DNA of 64,000 bases from Candidatus Poribacteria bacterium (GCA_012270795.1 JAAXHO010000059.1:3375-67374); one strand, 5' to 3'. Shown: positions 46,528 through 57,418, numbered from the stretch's first letter. Notes: generated by a model from the letters alone, not told the origin. Made by a program: numbers and translations.

Positions 46528-49032
46528 ATGAACCAAGAATCTGGTAGAATAGCCAATGTAACGGAAATGTTTTTGCCTGTTATTGCATTACCAACAGAAT
46601 TTGATATTTTTTATCCAAGGACGAAAGTTATTTTTGATAACAATTTAGTAGATTGGGCACCGTTGTATATCAAGCGTAAAATGGGTATACTTGCTGCGCG
46701 CGCGGCACTTGAATCAGATTCTAAAATTTTGCTCCTCCACCAAATAAGGGAACTTGAGGAAGAAGTTGAACCGACTGCAGAAGATCTGCATTCTGTTGGA
46801 GTAGTTGCGAACATTATCCAAGACGTTGATCCGAAGAATGGAACACTTCGGATTGCAATTGAGACGGTAGCAAGAGCAAATGTTGTCAACTGTGTACAAG
46901 TTGATGGTTACTTAAAGGCAGAAGTCAAAATCGTTCCTGAACATCGGGGTGTCTCTGAGGCTGCTGCAAGACTTGTTAGTTCAACCAAAGGTGCATTCCG
47001 TAATCTGATAAAAATAATACCCAATTATAGTTTTCCGGATGTTGAAAAATCCAGGCGGTTGATTCCTGATATAGAGAGACACATTCGTGAAATCGTAGAA
47101 CCCGGTGTTCTTGCAGACAATATTGCCCGTTTTGTCAAGTTTCCTGCTGATAGACGTTTAGAGATACTTACAGAACTCAACCCTATCAAACGTCTAAATT
47201 TAGTCAAGGTACTTCTTGAAGCAGAGCTTGAGTTACTTGATCTTGATGAAGAAATTCAGAGTGAGGTAAGTAACTCTGTGAAGAAAGCGCATCAAGAATT
47301 CCGTCTACAGGAAGAGATGAAGGTTATTCAAAGAAAACTTGGACGTGGTGATGAGGTTGATGAAATAGATGACCTGCGTGAACAGGTCAAAAATGCTGGT
47401 ATGACAGAGGAAGCAGAGAAAAAAGCCTTGAAAGAGCTTGACAGACTCGCGCAAATACCACCGATGTCGGCAGAATCGGGAGTAATTCGCAATTATGTTG
47501 ACTGGTTGCTCGCTGTGCCGTGGAAAGAACGCACCGAAAATACGATTGAACTTGAAGAAGCTGAGAAGATTTTAGACGAAGATCATTACGGGTTAGATAA
47601 ACCGAAAACAAATGTATTAGAATACCTTGCAGTACTAAAACTGGTTGAACAGGTCAAAGGTCCTATTCTGTGTTTAGTCGGTCCACCGGGTGTTGGTAAG
47701 ACCTCATTAGGTAAATCTATCGCGCGGGCTACAGGTAGAAAGTTTGTTCGTATGTCTCTCGGTGGTGTGCGTGATGAAGCGGAGATACGTGGACATCGTC
47801 GTACGTATATCGGTGCAATACCCGGACGTATCATTCAAGGTTTGCGTGATGTGCAAACGAAAAACCCGCTTTTCCTGCTTGATGAAATTGACAAACTCAG
47901 TTCCGATTGGCGTGGTGACCCCGCCTCTGCCCTTCTTGAAGTGCTTGACCCCGAACAGAACGAAACGTTCCGAGACCACTATTTGGATGTTGAGTTTGAT
48001 CTTTCGGACGTTATGTTCGTTACGACTGCAAATACGCGTATTACGATTCCGCCTGCCCTTGAAGACCGTATGGAAGTAATAGAAATTCCAGGTTATACCG
48101 ATTTTGAGAAACACAAAATCGCGACATTTCATCCGAACGGTTTGATTCCAAAGCAGCTGAAAAGCCATGGGCTCAAAGAAGATAATATAATATTTGATGA
48201 TTCAGCTATATATGACATCGTGAATAAATACACACGTGAAGCTGGTGTAAGAAGTTTGGAACGGAGCATTACGGGGGTTTGCAGGAAAATTGCAAAACAG
48301 ATTGTCTCTGAAGATACGCCAGATATGAAGGTTAAGGTTACGCCGCTGAACTTAAGTGATTATCTCGGACCGCCTAAATGGACTCGCACAAAAGCACAGG
48401 AACGCGATGAGGTCGGTGTTTCAACAGGAATGGTCTGGACGCAGGTCGGTGGGGATATCGTCTCTGTTGAAGCCACCCTGATGCCCGGTGAAGGTAAGTT
48501 GGATATGACAGGACAACTCAAAGAGGTGATGCGTGAATCTGTGCAGACTGCCGTAGCATACCTGCGTTCACGTGCATCACACTATGACATCTCTAAAGAC
48601 ATTTTTGAGAAAAATGACATTCATATCCATATTCCTGAAGGGGCAGTACCTAAGGATGGTCCTTCTGCGGGTATCACTGTAGCAACGGCTATTCTCAGCG
48701 CGATAACAGGGAAAAAGGTCCGTAAGGATGTGGCGATGACTGGTGAAATTACGTTACGGGGACATGTGCTTCCAATTGGTGGGCTCAAAGAAAAAGCACT
48801 TGCAGCCTATCGGAATGGGATCGTTGACATCATCATGCCAGACGAAAATGAAAAAGACCTCGCAGATGTCCCGAATGAAATCCGAGAGAACATTAACTGG
48901 CATCAGGTTACAGATATAACAGAGGTATTGGAATTAGCATTAAAAACTGATGATGAGCCTGAAGTTATCACGCCAGCCACTGAAGATGTCGCCTTACAGA
49001 ATCCTGATGTTTTGGGGCAGACAGGAAACTAA
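46528..49032 (+). CDS. lon: Lon protease
   Basis: LAN domain, AAA+ domain (GPPGVGKTS), and the protease Ser-Lys dyad (DGPSAGIT ... K). Confidence 0.95.
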   Translation: MNQESGRIANVTEMFLPVIALPTEFDIFYPRTKVIFDNNLVDWAPLYIKRKMGILAARAALESDSKILLLHQIRELEEEVEPTAEDLHSVGVVANIIQDVDPKNGTLRIAIETVARANVVNCVQVDGYLKAEVKIVPEHRGVSEAAARLVSSTKGAFRNLIKIIPNYSFPDVEKSRRLIPDIERHIREIVEPGVLADNIARFVKFPADRRLEILTELNPIKRLNLVKVLLEAELELLDLDEEIQSEVSNSVKKAHQEFRLQEEMKVIQRKLGRGDEVDEIDDLREQVKNAGMTEEAEKKALKELDRLAQIPPMSAESGVIRNYVDWLLAVPWKERTENTIELEEAEKILDEDHYGLDKPKTNVLEYLAVLKLVEQVKGPILCLVGPPGVGKTSLGKSIARATGRKFVRMSLGGVRDEAEIRGHRRTYIGAIPGRIIQGLRDVQTKNPLFLLDEIDKLSSDWRGDPASALLEVLDPEQNETFRDHYLDVEFDLSDVMFVTTANTRITIPPALEDRMEVIEIPGYTDFEKHKIATFHPNGLIPKQLKSHGLKEDNIIFDDSAIYDIVNKYTREAGVRSLERSITGVCRKIAKQIVSEDTPDMKVKVTPLNLSDYLGPPKWTRTKAQERDEVGVSTGMVWTQVGGDIVSVEATLMPGEGKLDMTGQLKEVMRESVQTAVAYLRSRASHYDISKDIFEKNDIHIHIPEGAVPKDGPSAGITVATAILSAITGKKVRKDVAMTGEITLRGHVLPIGGLKEKALAAYRNGIVDIIMPDENEKDLADVPNEIRENINWHQVTDITEVLELALKTDDEPEVITPATEDVALQNPDVLGQTGN

Positions 49033-49156
49033 CGCATGATTATTAAAGGAGTGTTTGTGTGAAGTAAATTCCAGAAAAACGCGGTTTCTGACTCAACCAA
49101 GGGCAACTCAATTTTTAATGGTGAGACTCAGCAAACCAAGTTAATAGAAAAAAACA

Positions 49157-49884
49157 ATGAAAATTTGTATTGAAAACCTTGCGACTTTATTTTTAAAAGC
49201 ATCTATTCTACTCAATGGTTGTTTCTACTCAATGGTTGTTCAGGTTGTGAAGAAAGAGAAAAAGAAACAGCGCAAGGTGAACGCTTTCACAACGACCTGT
49301 TACATCAAGATCATGATCACCATAGTAATGTGAAAACTAAGGTACCCGAAGCCCGGAAGGCGATACCTTTTTCAAGTCGATCGTTTTTCCTAAAACACCC
49401 CGCTATCGACCGCATGGACATTTCAGATACCGAAAAGACCCATTTCCAGTGCCAGAATTTGTTCAAGAATATCCAGACCACTTTACTGTAGATGAGAAAG
49501 GTTTCTGGCATGTTAGACTTCCTGCCGAAAAATCCGATAAATTAAATCATATTCCCGGAGAACTTACTAGTGAAACCTTTGACAGCAACACCTGTACAAC
49601 CGATCGTAATATCACTACCTCCCGCCCCTGTTTGGAGTGATATACCGGATCCATACAACCTGACTGTTGGTGATAGTTTTAGTTTAGATTTGAGTAGTTA
49701 TGTGACAGGGAGGCCGACGATAACCAGAAATGGTGGTATCCTGCCAGCAGGATTGCCCTTTATTAATGGCATTTTGAGCGGCAAAGTGACAACAGTTGAG
49801 ACTCGTGGTATACGATTTACAGCAACTAATGCAGCAGGCGCCACACTAAGCGAATGGGTGAATTTCACCATTCAGTCTGATTAA
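49157..49884 (+). pseudogene. degraded lipoprotein gene with a C-terminal putative-Ig (dystroglycan/cadherin-like) domain, disrupted by a 17 bp tandem duplication and further frameshifts
   Basis: ATG 49157 encodes MKICIENLATLFLKASILLNGC (signal peptide plus lipobox). A 17 bp direct duplication (TCTACTCAATGGTTGTT x2 at about 49207-49240) breaks the frame. Three successive overlapping ORFs then follow in different frames. The last carries the motif DLSSYVTG...GILPAGL...FTATNAAGAT. Confidence 0.35.
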
Positions 49885-49967
49885 CGATTTGACATTACTT
49901 ATAGCAGCTTTAGCTATTATGCACAATCAAACTTTTAGTTCAGATTTGAAGTTTCAATTCTTACTTT

Positions 49968-50030
49968 TTGTGAATTATTGAAATAATTATAAACTATTTC
50001 TAGTAGGAATGATCTCCGAATCGTGACTAA
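49968..50030. repeat. degenerate family A-like repeat terminus (TTGTGAATTATTGAAATAATTATA...TAGTAGGAATGATCTCCGAATCGTGAC) upstream of pstS
   Basis: Shares a 21-mer with 56381-56404 and, in reverse complement, with 59777-59797. Confidence 0.6.
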
Positions 50031-50049
50031 ACATAATTGAGGAAAATTC

Positions 50050-50973
50050 ATGATAAGAAGTCAACTAAAGAGTCTTGGTGTTATCATTATTCTTGCTATA
50101 GTTTTATACGGTTTTACCGTCTTCAGCGGCACATCGAATAAAAATTCGGGGAACGATGTGACTATTGGAGATGCACACACAAAAATAAAAAACAAGGGTT
50201 CTGACACGATGGTAAATTTGGCGCAGGCTTGGGCAGAAGCATATAGAGGTGTATCCGATACTGTGTCAGTTGAAGTATCCGGTGGTGGTTCAGGGACAGG
50301 TGTCGCTGCGTTGATCAATGGAACGGTTGATATTGCTAACTGCAGCCGTCAAGTGAAAGCAGAGGAAAAACAGAAAGCATTAGAAAACACAGGTAAAGAA
50401 CCCAAAGAATTTATCGTTGGGTACGATGCACTTGCAGTTTATGTCCACAAAGATAACCCCTTGAGTAATATTACCATTCCGCAACTTGCAGAAATATATG
50501 GTGAGTCAGGGACTATAAACAAATGGGATCAACTCGGTATAGCAAATTCTGGATGTCAGAGTGACAAAATTATCCGCATTAGTCGTCAATCAAACTCGGG
50601 TACTTACTTCTATTTTAGAGAAGCACTACTCGGCAAAGAACGTGACTTTGAACTCGGTTCCTTAGATTTACACGGTTCTAAAGATGTTGTGAAAGTTATT
50701 GGTCGCACCCCTTGCGCGATCGGTTATAGTGGTATGGGATATGCAACGGATCATGTCAAAATGGTAAAGGTGGCTAAAGGACAAGGTGAACCTTACTACG
50801 CACCGAACCTTGAGAATGTCATTGCCAAGACATATCCAATTGCACGTCCTTTGTATATGTATTCTCTCGGAGAACCTACAGGGGAAGCGAAAGAATATCT
50901 TGACTGGATTTTCTCTGCAGAGGGACAGAAGATCGTTGAAGAACTTGGATTTGTGCCTTTATCTTCCAACTAA
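50050..50973 (+). CDS. pstS: phosphate ABC transporter substrate-binding protein
   Basis: Signal/TM segment followed by a PstS-like PBP fold (SGGGSGTG). Confidence 0.9.
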   Translation: MIRSQLKSLGVIIILAIVLYGFTVFSGTSNKNSGNDVTIGDAHTKIKNKGSDTMVNLAQAWAEAYRGVSDTVSVEVSGGGSGTGVAALINGTVDIANCSRQVKAEEKQKALENTGKEPKEFIVGYDALAVYVHKDNPLSNITIPQLAEIYGESGTINKWDQLGIANSGCQSDKIIRISRQSNSGTYFYFREALLGKERDFELGSLDLHGSKDVVKVIGRTPCAIGYSGMGYATDHVKMVKVAKGQGEPYYAPNLENVIAKTYPIARPLYMYSLGEPTGEAKEYLDWIFSAEGQKIVEELGFVPLSSN

Positions 50974-50991
50974 AGGAATTTACAGTAAAAT

Positions 50992-52269
50992 ATGAAATTT
51001 TTACGTATCTGTTTTTCGTTCAAAGGTAGAATCAACAGAGCAGCTTGGTGGTTGCTGAATTTACCAATATGTGTTATCTTTGCAGTATCCATTTTTATAT
51101 TTGATTCTCACACCCAAATAACAATTGGAACTATTCCATTATTAATTCTTGTTTGGATACATTTAGCAGTATCTGCAAAACGTTGGCATGACAAAAATAT
51201 ACCTACTTTTTGGGTACTATTTCACTTTGTCCCACTCATTATTACAATAATTCTTTTTGCATCACCTTTATTTGCTGGTTCTTGGATATTTTTCCATCTG
51301 ATTAACATTGTTTTATTGATAAATGTGTTTTGGCTAATCTATGAATTGGGTTTTGTTAAAGGGGCTGAAGGTAGCAACCAGTTTGGACCGGATTCAGAAA
51401 CCTCCTCTGAATCTGTAATTGATGTATACATCAGTTTATGTGGCATTAGTTCTATTATTTTTGTATTCGGTATCTTCTTTTTCGTGTTTAAAGAGGGGGC
51501 AGGTTTCCTCTTTAGTGGATTAGATATTTGGGAGTTCCTAACAAGTGAAGAGTGGTATCCGACATCTCTTAACAATAAGAGATACGGCACTTTTGCATTA
51601 ATTCTGGGCACATTCAGTGTAACCGCATTAGCCATGTTAATCGCTGTTCCATTTGGACTCGGTGCAGCGATCTTTGTTTCAGAATTCTGCAGTCCTAAGT
51701 TGAAAGAAGTCTTCAAAATCGTAATTGAATTTCTGGCTGCGATACCCTCAGTCGTATGGGGTTTTATCGGTTTAACGTTGATGAATCAGATGATCATTAA
51801 AGTATTTAACGCACCTATTGGTCTAACGATGCTAAACGGGGGTATAATGCTGGCATTGATGAGCGTACCAATCATCGTCTCTATTGCAGAAGATGCGCTC
51901 AAGGCGGTTCCAGATTCCTACCGTGAAGCGGCGGAGGCACTCGGTGCTACCCGGTGGCAGGTAATTTATCGCGTGCTTTTACCTGCAGCGAAAAATGGGT
52001 TGTTGGCAGCGGTTTTACTCGGTGCTGCACGATCCATAGGTGAAACAATGGCGGTACTGATGGCAACAGGACACTCAGTTAACATACCATTAGGACCGCT
52101 TAATTGGATACGCACGCTTACGGCGACTATCGCAGCAGAATTGGGTGAAGTCGCCAGAGGTGATGAGCATTACCAAGTCCTGTTTATTATCGGAGTTCTT
52201 CTTTTTACAATTACCTTTATTGTGAACCTTATTGCTGACTTAGTTATTAAGGGGATTCGACAAAGTTAA
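50992..52269 (+). CDS. pstC: phosphate ABC transporter permease PstC fused to an N-terminal DUF805-like membrane domain
   Basis: The N-terminal roughly 160 aa carry the DUF805-type motif FSFKGRINRAAWW plus TM helices. The C-terminal 265 aa form a PstC core (EAA loop region present). Confidence 0.85.
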   Translation: MKFLRICFSFKGRINRAAWWLLNLPICVIFAVSIFIFDSHTQITIGTIPLLILVWIHLAVSAKRWHDKNIPTFWVLFHFVPLIITIILFASPLFAGSWIFFHLINIVLLINVFWLIYELGFVKGAEGSNQFGPDSETSSESVIDVYISLCGISSIIFVFGIFFFVFKEGAGFLFSGLDIWEFLTSEEWYPTSLNNKRYGTFALILGTFSVTALAMLIAVPFGLGAAIFVSEFCSPKLKEVFKIVIEFLAAIPSVVWGFIGLTLMNQMIIKVFNAPIGLTMLNGGIMLALMSVPIIVSIAEDALKAVPDSYREAAEALGATRWQVIYRVLLPAAKNGLLAAVLLGAARSIGETMAVLMATGHSVNIPLGPLNWIRTLTATIAAELGEVARGDEHYQVLFIIGVLLFTITFIVNLIADLVIKGIRQS

Positions 52270-52290
52270 CACTTGCTATTATAGGAAAAT

Positions 52291-53208
52291 ATGAATAACA
52301 ACACAGAGATTACAGCAGAGAAAATGTTTACGGAAACAGACATCGGACGCAGGAACCGTTTAATAGAAAACGTATTTAAAGTATTCTTTTTTATAATGAC
52401 CTGCTTGATGATTCTACCGTTACTATTAATCATCGGCTACCTTTTCTACAAAGCACTGCCTGTTCTGTCCTTAGACTTTCTATTTAAAAATCCTGAAGAC
52501 AACATGCGGGCTGGCGGGTTATGGGCTCCCTTCCTTGGAACAATCTATCTGGTTGTCGTTTCGTTGTTGGTAGCAGCACCGATAGGGGTTTTCTCTGCAG
52601 TGTATCTCAACGAATATGCGCGTGAAAACTGGTTCACACGTATCGTCAACTTAGCTGTCGTGAACCTTGCAGGTGTGCCAAGTATTGTGCATGCCCTATT
52701 CGGGGTAGGTGCATTTGTGTTGTTTGCGGGTTTAGGGGAGTCAATTCTGGCTGCGTCTCTCACATTAGCAATTATGACGTTGCCCGTTATTATCGCAAGT
52801 ACAACCGAAGCACTCAAAGCAGTACCGATGTCTTTCCGTGAGGCATGTTGGAATCTTGGGGCGACGCGTTGGCAAACAATCAGACGCATCGTGTTACCCA
52901 ATTCAATTAGTGGTATTTTAACAGGGGTTATCTTACAAGTATCACGCGCAGCAGGTGAAACTGCACCGATAATGTTCACAGGGGCAGTTTTCTATAAAGC
53001 TATTGCGGAAGGAGACATTTTTGCATATAATATAATAGACCAGTGTATGGCACTATCATTACATCTCTATACGATATCTACACAGGTGCCTGATGTGACA
53101 GAAGGCATACCCTACGGAACAGCTATTGTGCTTGTAGGAAGTGTGCTGCTTGTGAACGCAGCGGCAATTGTATTACGGGTATATCTTAGAACGCGCAAGA
53201 GGTGGTAA
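52291..53208 (+). CDS. pstA: phosphate ABC transporter permease PstA
   Basis: Six TM helices and the PstA-like EAA loop (EACWNLGATRWQ). Confidence 0.9.
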   Translation: MNNNTEITAEKMFTETDIGRRNRLIENVFKVFFFIMTCLMILPLLLIIGYLFYKALPVLSLDFLFKNPEDNMRAGGLWAPFLGTIYLVVVSLLVAAPIGVFSAVYLNEYARENWFTRIVNLAVVNLAGVPSIVHALFGVGAFVLFAGLGESILAASLTLAIMTLPVIIASTTEALKAVPMSFREACWNLGATRWQTIRRIVLPNSISGILTGVILQVSRAAGETAPIMFTGAVFYKAIAEGDIFAYNIIDQCMALSLHLYTISTQVPDVTEGIPYGTAIVLVGSVLLVNAAAIVLRVYLRTRKRW

Positions 53209-53300
53209 CCTTTCGGTTATAGGTTAGATGGGGTGCAAATGCCTGGCATCCTCTAATTCCTACAGAGAATATATATCCCACCGAAACGGTGTAAAATAGG

Positions 53301-54059
53301 ATGATACCCATGTTGAATGATGTAAATGAAAGACAATCTAACCTGCAGAAAAAATTAGGAGAAATAATTGAAGGACCTGTCTTTAGTGGGATCATACAAT
53401 TTCTGATCCTTGCTTCAGCAGTTGCTTTCGTACTGGAAACCGAAGAAGTTCTTAGAAATAAATATAGAATTTATTTTACAATTGTTGATTGGACGTTTTT
53501 TGCACTTTTTACAGTAGAATATATACTACGTATTTACGCCGCACCGGTTAAAAGAGAATTCATATTTAGTTTCTTTGGGATTATTGATCTACTTGCAATT
53601 TTACCATCTCTCGTGCTGATACCTGGGTTTCGTGTGCTTCGTGTTCTCAGATTCTTACGGATCTTCAGAATCTTTAAAGCCACACGATTCATCTTAGCAG
53701 TGGATAGAATGATTGAGGCATTAGCTGAAGTCAAAAGGGAACTCCTGGCACTTGTAATTTTATCCTCCTTATTTGTTTACTTAGCTGCTTGTGGTATTTG
53801 GTACTTTGAGAGAGAAAAACAGCCAATAGAGTTTGGTTCTATACCAGATGCAATGTGGTGGGCAATTGTAACGTTAACAACAATAGGTTATGGTGATGTT
53901 TATCCGAAAACTCCTGGTGGCAAAATTTTCACTGCTATAGTTGCATTAGTCGGTGTCGGACTTATCGCAATTCCATCTGGGTTGTTAGCATCTGTTTTGA
54001 CTGAAGCACGGGTGGAAGAAGAACTACAAGAAGATGAGGAGGAAGAAGATGAAAAATAA
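53301..54059 (+). CDS. voltage-gated K+ channel (6TM, Kv-like)
   Basis: S4 voltage sensor RVLRVLRFLRIFRIFKATRF and selectivity filter TTIGYGDV. Confidence 0.8.
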   Translation: MIPMLNDVNERQSNLQKKLGEIIEGPVFSGIIQFLILASAVAFVLETEEVLRNKYRIYFTIVDWTFFALFTVEYILRIYAAPVKREFIFSFFGIIDLLAILPSLVLIPGFRVLRVLRFLRIFRIFKATRFILAVDRMIEALAEVKRELLALVILSSLFVYLAACGIWYFEREKQPIEFGSIPDAMWWAIVTLTTIGYGDVYPKTPGGKIFTAIVALVGVGLIAIPSGLLASVLTEARVEEELQEDEEEEDEK

Positions 54060-54369
54060 TACTGGAATAATGCGAAAATGCTTAGTAGTTATAGTCCTAC
54101 TGTTAGTATTAGTTTTCTTTTTAGCTGCGGGTCTTTACTTTTCTGAAATAAATAGTGAACCTGAGACATTCAGTTCATTTTTTGATGCGTTGTATTTTAG
54201 CTTCCTTTCACTATTTACAGTCGGTTATTCAGATATGGGATATATGACGACGGGTGGACAACTCTTTACAATGTTAACTGCTGGAGTTGGCTACATAATT
54301 GGAATAGCATGCTTAATCTGGATAGTATTAGGAACAATAAGATTAGGATCATATTTGAGAAAAACATAG
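54049..54369 (+). CDS. small 2TM K+ channel pore-like protein
   Basis: AGGAGG RBS 6 nt upstream of ATG 54049, overlapping the end of the Kv gene. Two TM helices flank a pore-like TVGYSD motif. Confidence 0.5.
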   Translation: MKNNTGIMRKCLVVIVLLLVLVFFLAAGLYFSEINSEPETFSSFFDALYFSFLSLFTVGYSDMGYMTTGGQLFTMLTAGVGYIIGIACLIWIVLGTIRLGSYLRKT

Positions 54370-54395
54370 GTGAAATTTAGAGAAGCGAGGCTTAT

Positions 54396-55151
54396 GTGAA
54401 AAACAAAATTGAGATTTCCGATCTGAAGGTCTATTATGGAGAAAAACCCGCACTCAATGGAATTTCCTTTGATGTCCACGAAAACGAAATCCTTGGCATC
54501 ATCGGTCCAGCGCAGTCGGGGAAAACGACGTTATTAAAAGTCATCAATCGAACGTTGGAATTTACTCAAGACATTTCCGTTCAGGGATCGGTAATGTTAG
54601 ATGGTGTTGACATCTATTCAATTGGTGATGTATATGCGTTACGAAAACAAATAGGAATGGTGCTGCCTTTGCCTGTGGGGTTGCCTTTGTCTATCTATGA
54701 TAATGTTGCATTTGCTCCGAGAACGTCAGGACTTCGAGATAAAGTTGAATTAGATGAAATCGTTGAACGCTGTTTAACACAAGCAGCATTATGGGATGAA
54801 GTCAAAGATCGGTTGGATAGCCTTGGAACAAAACTGTCTGGGGGACAGCAGCAACGTTTGACCATCGCCAGAGCATTGTCACACCAACCAGAAATACTTT
54901 GTCTTGACGAGTTTTCTATCGCTGTTGACCCTATAACTACAATGCGTATTGAGGATGTCCTCAAGGACCTAAAAAACGAGATGACAATTCTACTTGTTAC
55001 GAATTTGGTTCAGCAAGCAAAACGTTTGGCAAATCGTACCGCTTTTATGCTAAACGGTGATCTGATTGAAATAGACGAAACAGATGTAATTTTTTCTGAT
55101 AATCCAGGACAAGAATCTACCTATGACTATGTAAATGGAAACTTCGGATAG
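54396..55151 (+). CDS. PstB-like ABC ATPase paralog 1 with a degenerate H-loop
   Basis: Walker A GPAQSGKT, signature LSGGQQQR, Walker B LCLDEFS, and an H-loop with Asn in place of His (VTNLVQQAKR). Confidence 0.8.
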   Translation: MKNKIEISDLKVYYGEKPALNGISFDVHENEILGIIGPAQSGKTTLLKVINRTLEFTQDISVQGSVMLDGVDIYSIGDVYALRKQIGMVLPLPVGLPLSIYDNVAFAPRTSGLRDKVELDEIVERCLTQAALWDEVKDRLDSLGTKLSGGQQQRLTIARALSHQPEILCLDEFSIAVDPITTMRIEDVLKDLKNEMTILLVTNLVQQAKRLANRTAFMLNGDLIEIDETDVIFSDNPGQESTYDYVNGNFG

Positions 55152-55185
55152 TGCGAGTGAATTTTAAAGTGAATCTTATACCATT

Positions 55186-55324
55186 TCTATATAATAATCT
55201 TACATTATATCGTAGGTCGGGTAGAGTTTGCGAAACCCGACAGGAACGAAACGTGTCGGGTTTCGCAAACTCTACCCGACCTACAATATGTAATGGCAAT
55301 TTGTCAATTAGAAATGGTATTATT
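55186..55324. mobile_element. MITE-like element with family A termini and a family D palindromic core (CGTAGGTCGGGTAGAGTTTGCGAAACCCGAC...GTCGGGTTTCGCAAACTCTACCCGACCTAC)
   Basis: Termini TTATACCATTTCTA / TCAATTAGAAATGGTATTATT. Core 55212-55284. Confidence 0.8.
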
Positions 55325-55360
55325 AACTATTGAACCTTAACCAACAAAAGGAAGGAAACA

Positions 55361-56326
55361 GTGAAACTTTGCATAAAGAACCTAACATTTTTACTGATAT
55401 TTTCAATACCTATTTTTGGTGGGTGTTTAGGATATGGACAGAAGACAATTACAGATAAACCTATAATCTCTGACGAAAAGCAAAATAAGACAAATCCCAA
55501 ACAACGCGGAAAGACGGCAAAGTTATCTCCCGAGCAGTTTACAGATTTGGAATACCGTGCCACGCTCAAAGGGGTCGAATATATTGAAATCTCACGCGAA
55601 GATGTAGTGGGTGTCCCTTATCCGTGGAACCCAATCGTTGTTCCTCTTGAGTGGTGGGAAAAGCACGTGGAAAAATTAGATGAATTGCGTATAGCCCGAA
55701 GACAAAAGACGATAACGGATGAAGAATATGAGGCGAAAATCCTTCAAATTCTTCGTGAATATGGTCTTGTTGCATACGCGCAGTTAGGCATTGAACTCAA
55801 TGGTGGATCCGTTCGTCGCACAGATAGGTATTTAGTGAACCTTGCGTATGCTGAGGATCCTGATGATTTCAACATCTTGCTAATGTGGGTGGTTGCAGGT
55901 GGGGATTCTTATGATCCTACTTATGGCATAGAAAGGACCGCAGCAACGCGGCGTTTATATGAAATGAACCCGGATCACCCGTGGGTTCTGCACTACCTTG
56001 CCAAATGTCTTTTGGGATGTAATCCACAAGAGGCACTCGGTTATGCACAAAAGGCACAAGAATTAGACCCAATTTATCTGCTTTACGGTGTAGAGGGTTT
56101 GTGTTACTTCCAAATGGGTGATTTCGATAAGGCATTAGAAGCGTTTAAACGCTCACAGAAGGCAGCGGTTGCAACCTCAAATCTTTGCATAGCTTGCATA
56201 GCAAGAGCTATCTCTGAATGGAAAGGTAAAGCCATTAGCCGTGTTAACAGTGATCTCTTTGATAGCTATAGAAAGGCAGGAAAACCGATACTCGGTCCTG
56301 ACTTACCAATGCCACTAAGACATTAG
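55361..56326 (+). CDS. hypothetical lipoprotein with TPR-like helical repeats
   Basis: Signal peptide plus lipobox IFGGC. The C-terminal half is helical-repeat-like. Confidence 0.55.
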   Translation: MKLCIKNLTFLLIFSIPIFGGCLGYGQKTITDKPIISDEKQNKTNPKQRGKTAKLSPEQFTDLEYRATLKGVEYIEISREDVVGVPYPWNPIVVPLEWWEKHVEKLDELRIARRQKTITDEEYEAKILQILREYGLVAYAQLGIELNGGSVRRTDRYLVNLAYAEDPDDFNILLMWVVAGGDSYDPTYGIERTAATRRLYEMNPDHPWVLHYLAKCLLGCNPQEALGYAQKAQELDPIYLLYGVEGLCYFQMGDFDKALEAFKRSQKAAVATSNLCIACIARAISEWKGKAISRVNSDLFDSYRKAGKPILGPDLPMPLRH

Positions 56327-56380
56327 ATTCAGTTAGTCTTATATTTTCTACGAATTATTCTACAAGATTAGGGTTATTTA

Positions 56381-56450
56381 TGGTGAATTATTGAAATAAT
56401 TATACACCTCTTCTGTAGGAGCGACCTTTGGTCGTGACCGTTCGGTATGG
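56381..56450. repeat. family A-like repeat fragment (TGGTGAATTATTGAAATAATTATACACCTCTTCTGTAGGAGCGACCTTTGGTCGTGACCG)
   Basis: Same terminus type as 49968-50030 and 59760-59800. The palindrome half is GTAGGAGCGACC. Confidence 0.7.
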
Positions 56451-56547
56451 TAAATTGTAGAAATGTGAACTAATTTCGAACTTCACCATAATGATTAAAT
56501 AGACACATCACAAAACGGTATGGGTAGAGAAAAGAGGAGTACATTAC

Positions 56548-57321
56548 TTGGAAACGAACAACCACAGCATTGAAACAAAGAATCTTAACCTTTGGTATGG
56601 TGATTTTCAAGCACTCATGGATGTGAGTGTGAATATACCGGCTGGGAAAATAACAGCACTTATAGGACCTTCTGGATGCGGGAAAACGACACTTCTACGC
56701 TGTTTTAACCGAGTGAATGAACGTTACGGAAACGTCACGACAAAAGGTGAGATAAAGATATTAGGGAAGAATATCTATGATCCCGATGTCTCATTGCTGG
56801 AATTACGAAAAACTGTGGGTATGGTGTTTCAACGACCAAACCCATTACCGATTTCAGTCTACGAGAACATCCTATTTGGTCTACGGATACACTCACCATT
56901 TGGGAGTTTAACGCGAAACCAAGCAGATGAGATCGTAGAAGAAGCACTCACCTCCGTTTTTCTTTGGGACGACTTAAAAGATAAACTAAAAGTACGTGCA
57001 ACTTCATTGCAGCTGGAGCAACAACAGAAACTCTGTATCGCACGTTTGCTACCACTAAAACCGCAGATCATCTTGATGGATGAACCGTGTTCTGCCCTTG
57101 ACGCAAAAGGCACTTTGGCAGTTGAAGAATTAATGGGAATACTTGCTGGGAAATATACATTCTTGATAGTGACCCATAATATGGCACAAGCGCGTCGCGT
57201 AAGTACTGAGTGTATTTACATGTTTCTTGGCGAACTGATAGAACATAGGGAGACACAAGCCCTCTTTGAAACCCCTGACCATCCAAAAACTGCAGACTAT
57301 GTGCAGATGCGTTACGGTTAG
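56548..57321 (+). CDS. pstB: phosphate ABC transporter ATP-binding protein PstB (canonical copy)
   Basis: TTG start. Walker A GPSGCGKTT, Walker B ILMDEPCSALD and H-loop VTHNMAQARR. Confidence 0.9.
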   Translation: METNNHSIETKNLNLWYGDFQALMDVSVNIPAGKITALIGPSGCGKTTLLRCFNRVNERYGNVTTKGEIKILGKNIYDPDVSLLELRKTVGMVFQRPNPLPISVYENILFGLRIHSPFGSLTRNQADEIVEEALTSVFLWDDLKDKLKVRATSLQLEQQQKLCIARLLPLKPQIILMDEPCSALDAKGTLAVEELMGILAGKYTFLIVTHNMAQARRVSTECIYMFLGELIEHRETQALFETPDHPKTADYVQMRYG

Positions 57322-57418
57322 ATTGTTAGAACAGCGCGTTTCAAGGTGTTCGATTCAGTAGACTACATAAGAAAGCCTGTCGGGAGATAGGCATTTCTCA
57401 TAAAGGAATGCTCAAACC

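Noticed and set aside
49968-49991. Shared 21-mer GTGAATTATTGAAATAATTATA upstream of pstS and of the canonical pstB (56381-56404), considered as a Pho-box-like regulatory site
   Set aside because: The same sequence occurs in reverse complement at 59777-59797, next to a family A palindrome core. In all three places it is followed by TAGGAGCGACC-like core sequence, so it is a repeat-element terminus rather than a dedicated operator. A regulatory side-role cannot be excluded.
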